Notes: generated from the sequence alone by a model not told the origin. A stretch of 64,000 nt of DNA from Thermoanaerobaculia bacterium (GCA_963664405.1 OY761158.1:5280001-5344000); one strand, 5' to 3'. Positions 38,817 to 48,496 are shown, counted from the first letter of the stretch. Program-made: numbers and translations.

Positions 38817-39548
38817 ATGGCCTCGATCTTTTCTGCCGTCCGTGACGGCATTCGCGAGGAGCGCCTGATCGGTCTTGCGACCGTGGTCAGCGGTGACGGC
38901 ATGGGGGCGAAGGCTGTCCTTGGCGCGGACGGTTCCGTCGAAGGCGATCTCGGCCTCTCGGGCGCCCTCGAGGAGAGGGTGCTGGCGCGATGCCGAAAGC
39001 TCCTCGAAGGTCAAGAGACCACCAGCTTTTCGGAGGAAAGCGACGCCACCGACGTCGAGATATTCTTCGAGTCTTTTGCACCGCCGCCCAAGCTGGTGAT
39101 CGTGGGAGCGGTGCACGTCGCGATTCCGCTGGTGAGCCTCACCAAGACGCTGGGCTTTTGCACGGTCGTTGTCGACGCCCGCTCGGTCTACGCGACCGAG
39201 CAGCGCTTTCCCCATTGTGATGAGCTGATTGTGCGTTGGCCCGCAGATGCTCTTGCCGAGATGCACCTGCACGAGGCGACCTACTGTGTCTTTCTCACCC
39301 ACGATCTCAAGCTGGACAACCCTGCGCTGGTGGTGGCGCTGCGCAGCGATGCCCGCTACATTGGCGCACTGGGGTCCAAGAAAACTCACGCCAAGAGAGT
39401 GGAGGCGCTACAAGAAGAGGGGTTGAGCGCTGAGGAGATCGCTCGCATTCATGCCCCGATCGGCATCAAGTTGGGTGGCAACCGGCCCGAAGAGATCGCG
39501 ATCTCCATTGCCGCCGAGATGGTCGCGGCTCGCTATGGTCGGGCCTGA
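38817..39548 (+). CDS. XdhC/CoxF Rossmann-domain protein
   Basis: IVGAVHVA, LTHD, YIGALGS and PIG...PEEIAISI motifs. Confidence 0.88.
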   Translation: MASIFSAVRDGIREERLIGLATVVSGDGMGAKAVLGADGSVEGDLGLSGALEERVLARCRKLLEGQETTSFSEESDATDVEIFFESFAPPPKLVIVGAVHVAIPLVSLTKTLGFCTVVVDARSVYATEQRFPHCDELIVRWPADALAEMHLHEATYCVFLTHDLKLDNPALVVALRSDARYIGALGSKKTHAKRVEALQEEGLSAEEIARIHAPIGIKLGGNRPEEIAISIAAEMVAARYGRA

Positions 39549-40146
39549 CGGAAGTCGGCTACTCGTCTCCGTCGTCGTTCTCGCCGGGGGTAGCTCTTCT
39601 CGCTTTGCCGGGCGGCAGCCGAAGCAGCTGGTCCCTTTTGAGGGGGATCCCATGGTGCGGCGCACCACACAGGCGGCTCTGGAGTCGCTTGCCTCCGAGG
39701 TGATCGTCGTTACCGGCTTCCAGAGAAAGGCGGTGGAGGCGGCACTAGCTGGGCTCCAGTCGCGATCGGTGCACAATCCCTCGTATCGGGACGGGCTGAG
39801 CACGTCGGTCCGTGCCGGTCTCGGTGCGATCTCCGAGAGCTCCGCCGCAGCACTCTTTCTTCCCTGCGATCAGCCCTATATGGACAGTTCCACCCTCGAC
39901 ACTTTGATCCGTGAATACCGGGGCGGTGCTGGAAAGGTTCTGATCCCAGCCTTCCGCGGACGGCGCGGCGCGCCGGTCCTTTTCGATCGTTTGTATTTCG
40001 ACGAGCTCGGCGCTGTCCTCGGTGATGAAGGCGGCCGCCAGGTTTTGAAGAGGCACCCCGACGCGGTGGTCGAGGTCGAGCTGGACGAGGAGGCCCCGCT
40101 CAGCGACTTCGATACTCTCGAGGAGCTAGAGGCCTTGCTGCCGTAG
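39535..40146 (+). CDS. mocA: Molybdenum cofactor cytidylyltransferase (MocA-like)
   Basis: LAGGSSSRF..KQL, CDQP, GDEGGR and DFDT motifs; next to xdhC. Confidence 0.82.
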   Translation: MVGPDGSRLLVSVVVLAGGSSSRFAGRQPKQLVPFEGDPMVRRTTQAALESLASEVIVVTGFQRKAVEAALAGLQSRSVHNPSYRDGLSTSVRAGLGAISESSAAALFLPCDQPYMDSSTLDTLIREYRGGAGKVLIPAFRGRRGAPVLFDRLYFDELGAVLGDEGGRQVLKRHPDAVVEVELDEEAPLSDFDTLEELEALLP

Positions 40147-40156
40147 GTAAACTGCC

Positions 40157-41350
40157 GTGCGTCGTTCTCTGCTGCCGCTGCGTTATCGGGTCCAAAGCTA
40201 CGCCTGGGGGTCGCGGACCTTTCTCTCCAAGCTGACCGGGCGTGGGGGAGCCTCGGAGGGCCCTGAGGCGGAATTGTGGATGGGCGCCCACCCCTTGGGC
40301 GAGTCAAAGGTGCTGGTGGAGGAGGCCTGGGTGCCGATGGCCGCAGCGATCGCGAGCGATCCTGTCGGGCTCCTCGGTGCCGCCAACATGGAGCGCTACG
40401 GTGCCGTACTTCCTTATCTCTTCAAGGTCCTGGCGATTGCCGAGCCGCTTTCGTTGCAGGTGCACCCGAGTCGCGAGCAGGCAGCGGAGGGCTTTGCCGG
40501 CGAGGAATCGGCACGACTCGATCCGAGCGAGCGAAACTACAGGGACCCGCGTGGCAAGCCTGAACTGGTGGTCGCTCTCGAGCCGATGTGGGTTCTGCGC
40601 GGTTTGCTCGAGGCTGGCGAGATCCGGAAACGATTCTCGACCTTCGGTCTCGATTTTCTAGGTGAGGAGCTCAGCCTCCTCGACAGGAGCCCGGCGCCCG
40701 CTGTTTTGGGTGAGTTTGTCGGCGCGCTACTGCGGCTCGAGGGTGAAAAGAAGCGGAGGGCCCTGCAGCGACTTGGGGAGGCGGTCCAAGGGAGCGAGGC
40801 TGGGCGCGCCAGCCCAGACTACTGGGTGAAGCGCCTGCTGGATCTATATCCCGACGACCCCGGAGTGCTGGCTCCGCTCTTTCTTCAGCTTGTCGAGCTC
40901 GTACCCGGACAGGCGCTCTTTCAATCTCCTGGTGTGCTGCACACTTATCTGGAGGGTGCCGCGATAGAGGTGCTGGGAAACTCCGACAATGTTCTCCGCG
41001 CGGCTCTCACCACCAAGCGGGTCGATCTGCCGGAGCTACTGGCGGTAGCGGACACTCGGCCCGCCGATGTCGAGATCCTCGAAGCCGAGCAGACTGCTCC
41101 TGGAGTGAAGCGTTGGTCGTGTTCCGCCTCCGAGCTCGGCCTGGTCCGGCTCAGTGTCAGCGGCGCGGAGCTGAGCGGGAATACGCTACGTTTGTGTCTC
41201 TGTGTGGGGGGCGGTGGGCGACTCCGATCTTTGGAGAGTGGCGAAGAGGCGGATCTGTCTGTCGGCTCTGCGCTGGCGATCACCGCCGCAGCCGGTACTG
41301 TGCGGCTCGCCGGCGATGCAGTCGTCTTCTGTGCGACGCCGACCTGCTGA
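40157..41350 (+). CDS. manA: Mannose-6-phosphate isomerase, class I
   Basis: YAWGS, AELWMGAHP, LSLQVHP, KPEL and NSDNVLR motifs. Confidence 0.93.
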   Translation: MRRSLLPLRYRVQSYAWGSRTFLSKLTGRGGASEGPEAELWMGAHPLGESKVLVEEAWVPMAAAIASDPVGLLGAANMERYGAVLPYLFKVLAIAEPLSLQVHPSREQAAEGFAGEESARLDPSERNYRDPRGKPELVVALEPMWVLRGLLEAGEIRKRFSTFGLDFLGEELSLLDRSPAPAVLGEFVGALLRLEGEKKRRALQRLGEAVQGSEAGRASPDYWVKRLLDLYPDDPGVLAPLFLQLVELVPGQALFQSPGVLHTYLEGAAIEVLGNSDNVLRAALTTKRVDLPELLAVADTRPADVEILEAEQTAPGVKRWSCSASELGLVRLSVSGAELSGNTLRLCLCVGGGGRLRSLESGEEADLSVGSALAITAAAGTVRLAGDAVVFCATPTC

Positions 41351-41358
41351 GGACGACA

Positions 41359-41883
41359 CTAGCTATCTTTCTTGCTCTTGGATTTGGCACGCGATTGAAT
41401 GGCGATGCCTGCGATCAACGCCACCGTAAAGAGGCCGACGGCCTGCAGCGGTTCGAGCTCCCAATTGCCCACCAGAAGAGAGGCGCCGAGAATGGAAGAC
41501 AAGACCATCAGCGCTTCCTCGAGCAGGGCCATAGCGAGGGCTGCCGTGAGGGCTGCTCCCAGCAGGATCGCAAGCCAGTCACCGGCGCCGAAGTCGACCT
41601 GGTAGTACTGGATGGCCCAGGTCGTTACGTGGGCGCCGAACAGGAATCCAGCGATGCCGATAGCGACCTTTTGGAGGAAGATCGCCGCGACGGCGCCGGC
41701 GACTCCGACGGCGCCGGCGAGCAGCCAGAGAAGAGCGGGGGGAGATGTGTCGGCGGCGAGGCGAGAGACGAGGTTGAAGGCGAAGAGGAAGCCGAGAGTA
41801 CCCAGGAGAAGCCAGAACAGCCGGCGCCCGAAAAAAAGCAGGACGATGCCTAGCGCGAGCGGCAGCCAGTGGTCTATAGCCAT
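41359..41883 (-). CDS. DUF4203-like membrane protein
   Basis: LLFFGRRLFW..GFLF, several Gly-rich TM helices and a GIAIQ ending. Confidence 0.7.
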   Translation of the reverse strand: MAIDHWLPLALGIVLLFFGRRLFWLLLGTLGFLFAFNLVSRLAADTSPPALLWLLAGAVGVAGAVAAIFLQKVAIGIAGFLFGAHVTTWAIQYYQVDFGAGDWLAILLGAALTAALAMALLEEALMVLSSILGASLLVGNWELEPLQAVGLFTVALIAGIAIQSRAKSKSKKDS

Positions 41884-42015
41884 GAAGGCTTCGGGCATTC
41901 TCTGTTCAGTCGAGGTTGGGTGCTGTCAAAGAAGAAAACCACTTCGCGCGATATACACTCGCTATCGTATCGGGTCGCAGGTACTCAATGTGTGGAACGA
42001 AGGCCGCTAAACATG

Positions 42016-42044
42016 ATATTGTTTACCTTCTTGGTAACAAATAT
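42016..42044. promoter_or_regulatory. AT-rich imperfect palindrome, candidate operator of the reductase operon
   Basis: ATATTGTTTACC-N5-GGTAACAAATAT, 40 bp upstream of the ATG in an otherwise GC-rich window. Confidence 0.5.
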
Positions 42045-42084
42045 ATGAATAGACAGTAAAGGCCCCGTAACAGAGGACACGAAC

Positions 42085-44328
42085 ATGGCCCCTCCCTCCT
42101 GGAAAGAAAGGCTTGCCGACCAGACCCCTGACGAACTGATCCAAGAGATCGACGTCTTTGAGACCCAGCTCGAGCTGAAGCGTCAGGGCAAGATCGACGA
42201 GAAGATTTTCGCTGAGACGCGTCTACGGAGAGGCGTGTACGGTCAGCGCTACGACAACGGGCAGCGACACGACGGTGTCGAGAGTCGGGTGCTCGAGTTC
42301 CCGAGTGGGGATCTCACCAAGGGTCCGACAACGATGTGGGATGCGCCGGGGATGCAGCGCATCAAGATCCCTTTCGGTGCGGTCACCGCCGACCAGCTCG
42401 ATGTGCTTGGGGATCTCGCGGAGGAGTACTCCGACGCCATTGTGCACGTCACCACGCGGCAGGACTTTCAACTCCACTTTATTCACATCGAAGACACACC
42501 CAACCTGATGCGGAGGCTGGGCGCGGTCGGCATCACAACCCGAGAGGCGTGCGGCAATTCGGTACGAAACGTCACCGCTTGCCCGCGCTCGGGAGTGTGC
42601 GCCGACGAGGCTTTCGATGTCAGTCCCTATGCGAGGGCGTTGGCCTATTTTCTGCTCGGCCACAAGGACGCGCAGGACTTCGGACGTAAGTTCAAGATCT
42701 CCTTCTCTGGCTGTGGAGGACGCGCCTGCGGGCTTGCTCACTTGCACGACATGGGGGTTGTCGCCCAGACCCGCGTGGTCGACGGTGAGGAGAAGCGGGG
42801 CTTCGAGCTCTACGTCGGTGGCGGCTTGGGTGCGGTGCCCTACCAGGCGAAGCTCTATGACGATTTTCTCGCGGCCGAAGAGCTCTTGCCGACGGCGCAA
42901 GCGATCTGTCGCGTCTTTTCGCGTCTGGGGGAGAAGCGGAACCGCGCTAGGGCGAGGCTCAAGTTTCTGGTCGCCAAGCTCGGCTTCGAAGAGTTCAGGC
43001 GTTTGGTCAACGAGGAGCTCGAGCAGATCCCCGAAGATGATCGCTGGACTGCTTTTCTCGACGATCTCGCAGTTACCGACGAGGAGCCCACACGCGAGCC
43101 GCGCGCACTCACCATGGATCCTCTGCCCGAGGGCTACGAGGACTGGCAACGGTCGAACGTCGAGGCCCAGGGACAGCCGGGTTACTTCATGGCCACGGTC
43201 TGCCTACCTTTGGGTGACCTCAGCGCCGACCAAACCCGCGCCGTTGCCGCGATCGCCCGCAAGTACAACGGTGGGCGGCTGCGCACCTCGGTCGAGCAGA
43301 ACCTGGTGCTGCGGTGGATCACCGAAGGCGATCTACCCGAGCTCTACGCGGAGCTCGCGGAAAGCGACCTTGCTCTGCCCGGAGCGTCGACCCTGATCGA
43401 CATCACAACCTGCCCCGGCACCGATACCTGCAAGCTCGGCATCTCGTCTTCCCGCGGGCTCGCCGCAGAGTTGCGCAAACGGATCGCCGCCCGCAGCTTC
43501 GAGATCGACGAGGCCGTCGAGGGTCTGAAGATCAAGGTCTCGGGCTGTTTCAACTCCTGCGGCCAACACCACATCGCTGATATCGGCTTTTATGGGGTCA
43601 GTCGCAAGGTGGGCAGTCACACCGTTCCCCATTTTCAGGTCGTTCTGGGAGGGCAGACGGCGGACAATGCCGCAGCTTACGGGTTGGCTACCATCGCGGT
43701 GCCTTCGAGGGTGATCCCGGAGGTCGTAGAAACTCTCACCGGCCTCTTCATTCGCGAGCGCGAGCCCGGCGAGAGCTTTCAGGCGTGTATTGATCGCGTC
43801 GGCAAGGCCAAGATCCGCGCTTTGCTCCAACCCCTCACCGAAGTGCCGAGCTACGAGCAGGACGCGAGCTACTACAGCGATTGGGGCGACCCCAGGGAGT
43901 ACAGCATTGGCGACATGGGGATCGGCGAGTGTGCCGGCGAGGTCGTGACATTGGTGGAGTTCGGCTTGTCCACCAGCGAGCGAATCGCATTCGAGGCCTT
44001 GGAGGATCTCGAAGAGGGCAAGACCTACATGGCTGCTTCCAAGGCCTTCCAGGCGATGCTGCAGGCGGCCAAGGCTGTTACGCAGACCCAAAACATCGAT
44101 GTGAGCGACGATGTCGACCAGATTATCGGCGAGTTCAAGACCCGCTTCTATGACACCGAGATCTTCCACGACCGCTTTGCCGGGCCGAAGTTCGCCAATT
44201 ATCTGTTTCGTGCGCATGAGGAGGGGCTCAAGAGTCCGAGCGCGGAGGAAGCCCACCAGCGCATCGAGGAAGCACAGCTCTTCATCGAAGCAGCTCACGC
44301 CTGCTATAACCGCATGGCTCCGGCCTAG
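42085..44328 (+). CDS. Siroheme nitrite/sulfite reductase with C-terminal HEPN-like extension
   Basis: GVYGQR, TTRQDFQ, RKFKI, TCPGTDTC and SGCFNSC motifs. Confidence 0.9.
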   Translation: MAPPSWKERLADQTPDELIQEIDVFETQLELKRQGKIDEKIFAETRLRRGVYGQRYDNGQRHDGVESRVLEFPSGDLTKGPTTMWDAPGMQRIKIPFGAVTADQLDVLGDLAEEYSDAIVHVTTRQDFQLHFIHIEDTPNLMRRLGAVGITTREACGNSVRNVTACPRSGVCADEAFDVSPYARALAYFLLGHKDAQDFGRKFKISFSGCGGRACGLAHLHDMGVVAQTRVVDGEEKRGFELYVGGGLGAVPYQAKLYDDFLAAEELLPTAQAICRVFSRLGEKRNRARARLKFLVAKLGFEEFRRLVNEELEQIPEDDRWTAFLDDLAVTDEEPTREPRALTMDPLPEGYEDWQRSNVEAQGQPGYFMATVCLPLGDLSADQTRAVAAIARKYNGGRLRTSVEQNLVLRWITEGDLPELYAELAESDLALPGASTLIDITTCPGTDTCKLGISSSRGLAAELRKRIAARSFEIDEAVEGLKIKVSGCFNSCGQHHIADIGFYGVSRKVGSHTVPHFQVVLGGQTADNAAAYGLATIAVPSRVIPEVVETLTGLFIREREPGESFQACIDRVGKAKIRALLQPLTEVPSYEQDASYYSDWGDPREYSIGDMGIGECAGEVVTLVEFGLSTSERIAFEALEDLEEGKTYMAASKAFQAMLQAAKAVTQTQNIDVSDDVDQIIGEFKTRFYDTEIFHDRFAGPKFANYLFRAHEEGLKSPSAEEAHQRIEEAQLFIEAAHACYNRMAPA

Positions 44329-44334
44329 GCATCA

Positions 44335-44967
44335 ATGACAATGATCGATACGGCCAAGATCGAGCTCAAGGTCTTCGCCGCCGGCAGCAACGGTGTTGCG
44401 AACGGCGGTGAGCTGGACATCGAAGGGTTAATTCCTGTGTTTCATCGCTGGGTTCGCGACCAGTGCCTCGAAGAGACGATGATCGATGTTGCGGATTACA
44501 CCCACGTACCGAATGGACCGGGTGTTTTGCTCGTCTGTCACGACGCGAATTACTCGTTGGATCAAGGCGGGGGAGAGACTGGGCTGCTGTACAGCCGGAG
44601 GCGCGAGACCCACCCCTCTCTTGGCAACATAGAGTCTCTGGACGACCGCCTCGCATCGGTGTTTCGACGCAGTCTCGAGGCGTGCGTGCTCCTCGAAGAG
44701 GAGCCGTCCCTGGCGGGAACAGTCCATTTTCCTGGCGATCGCTTTCTGCTTTGGGTCAACGACCGTCTTATCGGTCGCGACGGCGAGGAAGAGCTCGAGA
44801 GCGCGTCGAAGCGACTCTTGGCTCGGCTTGCTCCCGAGGCCGAGATCTCGCTCGGCTCCGCGACTTCCGAGGGCGGTCGCTTGGGGCATCACCTTCGTCT
44901 TGCCGGCTCGCCGGGGATCCGGTCGCTGCTTGCAGAGATAGGAGAACCCTCTGGAGAGAGTGAGTGA
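44335..44967 (+). CDS. Hypothetical protein in the reductase operon
   Basis: IPVFHRW..IDVADYTHVPNGPGVLLVCH; tightly packed between the reductase and cobA. Confidence 0.75.
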   Translation: MTMIDTAKIELKVFAAGSNGVANGGELDIEGLIPVFHRWVRDQCLEETMIDVADYTHVPNGPGVLLVCHDANYSLDQGGGETGLLYSRRRETHPSLGNIESLDDRLASVFRRSLEACVLLEEEPSLAGTVHFPGDRFLLWVNDRLIGRDGEEELESASKRLLARLAPEAEISLGSATSEGGRLGHHLRLAGSPGIRSLLAEIGEPSGESE

Positions 44968-45758
44968 CGAGAGAGCTTGATCTGCGACCGGAAAAGGTTT
45001 GGATCGTGGGGGCGGGACCCGGCGATCCCGAGCTTCTCACTGTGCGAGCCGCAAGGCTGATCGCCGAGGCCGACGATCTCCTGGTTGACGCACTCGTTCC
45101 GCCGGCCGTCTATCAGGGCGTCAAGGCGCGAATTCTCTACGTCGGCAAGCGCTCGGGCCGCCCGCACCTCTCGCAGCGCGAGATCGAAGACATTTTGGTG
45201 CGATTGGCCCGCGAGGGCCGTCGGGTGGTGCGCCTCAAAGGAGGCGACCCTGCGGTCTTCGCCCGTCTCGGCGAAGAAGTGAGAGCGCTGGAAGAGGCCG
45301 GCGTTCCCTGGGAGGCCGTCCCCGGAGTCTCGAGTTTCCTCGCCGCTGCACAGGCCGTTGGCATCCCGCTCACCGATCGCGGTGAGGCGGACCGCTTTGT
45401 GGTGTTGACCGGCCACGGCGGTGAAGGCCGGAGCCTTCCCTCGCTCCCCGCCTTTGACGCCGCGACTACCGTCGTGCTGCTGATGGCGATCGGCAACTTA
45501 GGGGAGCTGGTGGCGGCAGCGCTCGATGCCGGCTACCCGGCCGAGCTGCCGGCGGTCGCGGTGAGCCAGGCAAGTCTACCTGGGGAGCGTCGAGTTGCGG
45601 CTCCTCTCGAAGCCCTGCCGCGAGCGGTGGCGTCGGCGCGGCTGGAGACCCCGGCGACTGTGCTGATCGGGCAGGTCGCGAAGCGCCTGACCCAGACCAA
45701 GCCGCATTCAGAGGTCGTGCCGTTTTCTGTCGAGCTTCGTAGCGCGACGCTGAGCTGA
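44964..45758 (+). CDS. cobA: Uroporphyrinogen-III C-methyltransferase
   Basis: VGAGPGDPELLT, RLKGGDP and VPGVSS motifs. Confidence 0.92.
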   Translation: MTRELDLRPEKVWIVGAGPGDPELLTVRAARLIAEADDLLVDALVPPAVYQGVKARILYVGKRSGRPHLSQREIEDILVRLAREGRRVVRLKGGDPAVFARLGEEVRALEEAGVPWEAVPGVSSFLAAAQAVGIPLTDRGEADRFVVLTGHGGEGRSLPSLPAFDAATTVVLLMAIGNLGELVAAALDAGYPAELPAVAVSQASLPGERRVAAPLEALPRAVASARLETPATVLIGQVAKRLTQTKPHSEVVPFSVELRSATLS

Positions 45759-45772
45759 GCTGGACAGAGAGA

Positions 45773-46570
45773 CTACTCGGACCGCTCTTCAGCGGATGTA
45801 GCGAGGAGGGTCTGGATCGGCTTGGGGAGGTCGAAGGCCGAGTCATCGATGTCTTCGAATGCGACTTCCTCAAGGGTCATCACCTGCTGCGCGCCCATCA
45901 TCTCCTGGCGGGATTCCGTCGGGTACAGTCGCCCTCCCAGCTCTTGATAGCCGCCGATTCGGGATACGACGTGAACCTCACCCATGGGTGAGGGCTGGTT
46001 GCCGCTGACTGCGACGAGCAGGCCACTGTCGACCGAGAAGTAGTGGAAAGCCTCAATTCCTCCCGCGGTCGTGACTTTGAGCTTGTAGCAGGGCGCCTCA
46101 TCGAAGTCTTCCTGAGTGACGGGGCCGAGCTCGGCGTAGTTACGCTCGTAGTTGAGCTCGGCGTAGAAGTCTGACTGGACCACCACTGCTTCGAGCTCAG
46201 CGCCTTCGAGAACCATCGGACCGGTCATCGGGTTGTCGACCCAGGCGGTTTCTCCGTCGTACCCTTGGGTGATCGTGCCGAGGCTTTCGGAGACTACCTC
46301 GAGGTGGAAGGAGTTCGGCGCCGCTGCCTTCAGCTTCACGCTTCCTTCGACGCCGAGGCCCGGCATCTCGAGTTTTCCTGTCCAGGTGACGTGGCGCTGG
46401 GCCCGGATCGCTTCTACACCGCCGACTTCTTCGATGTAGCGGCTGAGGATCTCTTGCGGGGTCGGTAAAGGGTCGTCCTGGGCGCTCACCTGGGCAAGCG
46501 AGGGGATCAACAACAGGACGGGGAGAATGGCGATCTTGTGGGCTTGCAGCCGGTTTAGGGCAGGTCTCAT
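45773..46570 (-). CDS. Exported protein, LolA-like / DUF620-like fold
   Basis: Signal peptide; YIEEVGG, GYDGETAW and AFDLP motifs. Confidence 0.65.
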   Translation of the reverse strand: MRPALNRLQAHKIAILPVLLLIPSLAQVSAQDDPLPTPQEILSRYIEEVGGVEAIRAQRHVTWTGKLEMPGLGVEGSVKLKAAAPNSFHLEVVSESLGTITQGYDGETAWVDNPMTGPMVLEGAELEAVVVQSDFYAELNYERNYAELGPVTQEDFDEAPCYKLKVTTAGGIEAFHYFSVDSGLLVAVSGNQPSPMGEVHVVSRIGGYQELGGRLYPTESRQEMMGAQQVMTLEEVAFEDIDDSAFDLPKPIQTLLATSAEERSE

Positions 46571-46572
46571 GA

Positions 46573-48018
46573 CTATCGAGCTCCTTCTTTGTGGGTGACT
46601 CTCGAGGCAGCGACGCTTTCGATCCAAGAGATCGCGTCGTCTCTGGCAGTGTCGCGGCCGCTGAGGAGATCCGCGCGGGTGATCCGAGATAGGACGTCGG
46701 GAACGATCGGACGCCCCTCCACGCGCTCGCCGCTCGGTCGGATGTAATCCATGGTCGCGTGCAGAAAAACATCGCCGTTGGGTAGAGAATCCATCATCGC
46801 CGGCAGCGCCGCACCGGCAGAGGGCCGCCCGAAGAGTCTGGCGCGATCGTGATCTCTGAGACCGGCGGCGAAGACCTCCGATGTGGAAGCACTTCCGCCG
46901 TCGATGAGGATGGCGAGCGGTCCGTCATACGGTTTGGTGGCTTCCCCTTCCGCGGTCACTCGGCGTGGGTTGACGACGAGCTCGAGGGCGTCGCGACGAC
47001 TCTTGATGGCGCCAAGGCTGAGCCTCTGGTCGACGAAGTAGCCCGCCACCGCCTGCGCGACTACCGAGACGCCGCCCGGATTGCCTCGCAAGTCGATGAT
47101 CACACCGTCTGCTGTCTTTACTTCACTCATGGCGTCGGCGACGGACTGAGCGATGGGGAGCAGCCAGATGTTGAACTTGATGAGGGCGACCCTGGCGCCT
47201 CCTGCGCTGGACGCCCACGAAAAGTCGAAGCGAGTCGGTGTTGGCGGCAGATTGCCGAATCCCGTGAGCTCGCCTTGGGGCGGGCGGCGCTCGAGCGACA
47301 ACCTTCGTCTCCTGCCCCGACCATTCTCGAAGGTGGCCTTGACGATGCTTCCGCTCGTTCCGGCCACCAAGACATCCAGCCAGCTCGCTGTCAGCTGGGC
47401 TCGCAGGCTACTGTCGCTGAATTGGTCGAAGCAGGGGAGATGGTGGCCGGGGTTGATCGAGCCAATGCGCAGCAGCTGCCAGCCAGTGTGCACGCTCTGC
47501 CCGTCGGCGGAGCTTCCCGGGTCGACAGCGGTGACCACGACCTGCCCTTCGATGAGCTCGAGGCTCATGCCGGAGTCGGCGGGCCCGGGCTGGGCGTGGA
47601 GAAGTTCCATGAGCTCCTGGTTGGATTCCGGGGTGCAGCCGTTCGGAAGACTCGACTTCGGAAGAAGAACGGGTACGCCCACGTCCGGCGAGGTGGCAGC
47701 GGCGATAAAGCCGAAATGGGACTGACCGAGTCTTCCGACCATTTCCTCGAGCACTTTCCGCAGCGCCGAGTCGTCTTGCGCGGCGCGGGCTCTTGGGCGC
47801 AGCTCTTCCTTTACCGCGTCCCAGTCGACGCCGTTGAAGTCAGGATCGAAGTGAGTCTCTTCCACCATTCTCCAGGCCGCGTCGAAAGTCGCGAGATTGG
47901 TTTCCTCTCGCGTCGAAGGCTGTTCACCTGCGGCAGGCCAGTAAGCAAGTAGAGCGCCGAGGGCGAATGCGCCGAGCGCGTTTCTCCTCGCCAGATGTTT
48001 GCCGCCGGCGCGCCTCAT
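46573..48018 (-). CDS. S41 family peptidase with PDZ-like domain
   Basis: LGQSHF, IIDLRGNPGG, SASTSEVFA and EGRPIVPD motifs. Confidence 0.9.
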   Translation of the reverse strand: MRRAGGKHLARRNALGAFALGALLAYWPAAGEQPSTREETNLATFDAAWRMVEETHFDPDFNGVDWDAVKEELRPRARAAQDDSALRKVLEEMVGRLGQSHFGFIAAATSPDVGVPVLLPKSSLPNGCTPESNQELMELLHAQPGPADSGMSLELIEGQVVVTAVDPGSSADGQSVHTGWQLLRIGSINPGHHLPCFDQFSDSSLRAQLTASWLDVLVAGTSGSIVKATFENGRGRRRRLSLERRPPQGELTGFGNLPPTPTRFDFSWASSAGGARVALIKFNIWLLPIAQSVADAMSEVKTADGVIIDLRGNPGGVSVVAQAVAGYFVDQRLSLGAIKSRRDALELVVNPRRVTAEGEATKPYDGPLAILIDGGSASTSEVFAAGLRDHDRARLFGRPSAGAALPAMMDSLPNGDVFLHATMDYIRPSGERVEGRPIVPDVLSRITRADLLSGRDTARDDAISWIESVAASRVTHKEGAR

Positions 48019-48422
48019 CAGCCACCCTCACCGAAGACTTCTCGTACCTTTTCTTGCAGTCGCTCCTTGGCCCGGTCGACCTCGGCGAGCGCGTCCTGAA
48101 GCTTCTCCAGCTCCGATGCTCGCACTTTGAGGCCCTCGCGGATGAAGAGGGCTGCTGCTTCGGAACGGCTCTTGACCGCCTCGGTCTTAACCCATTCGTC
48201 GAGCTGTCGCAAGGTGTCGGCGTCGACGCGCACCATCAGCGGCTGATCCCGCTGCGCTTTGCTCATCTCGTCCACGCTGTCCTTGATGTCGGGAGTGACG
48301 CATACGACCTTCACCGCTCCGCCGATCCGGTCGCCTAGCTTCTCGATGTCAACGCCGGCCTCCGCGAGCTCGGTACGTACACGCTCCCAGATGGATCTCC
48401 AGTCTTCGCTGTCTACATTCAT
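48018..48422 (-). CDS. Ribbon-helix-helix-like protein with C-terminal coiled coil
   Basis: PLMVRVD..LRQLDEWV....SRSEAAALFIREGL pattern. GGAGG RBS. Confidence 0.72.
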   Translation of the reverse strand: MNVDSEDWRSIWERVRTELAEAGVDIEKLGDRIGGAVKVVCVTPDIKDSVDEMSKAQRDQPLMVRVDADTLRQLDEWVKTEAVKSRSEAAALFIREGLKVRASELEKLQDALAEVDRAKERLQEKVREVFGEGG

Positions 48423-48431
48423 TGCTAATCC

Positions 48432-48467
48432 TCCGTAATCTGTAATTCAATTACGAGGAATCCGTAA
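48432..48467 (-). promoter_or_regulatory. Candidate RHH operator (TTAC boxes)
   Basis: Minus strand has TTACGGA twice and TTACAGA, plus the palindrome GTAATT-C-AATTAC at 48442-48454, overlapping the RBS. Confidence 0.55.
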
Positions 48468-48496
48468 CAATGTTTCGCTGGTAAAGGGGGCCGCGG

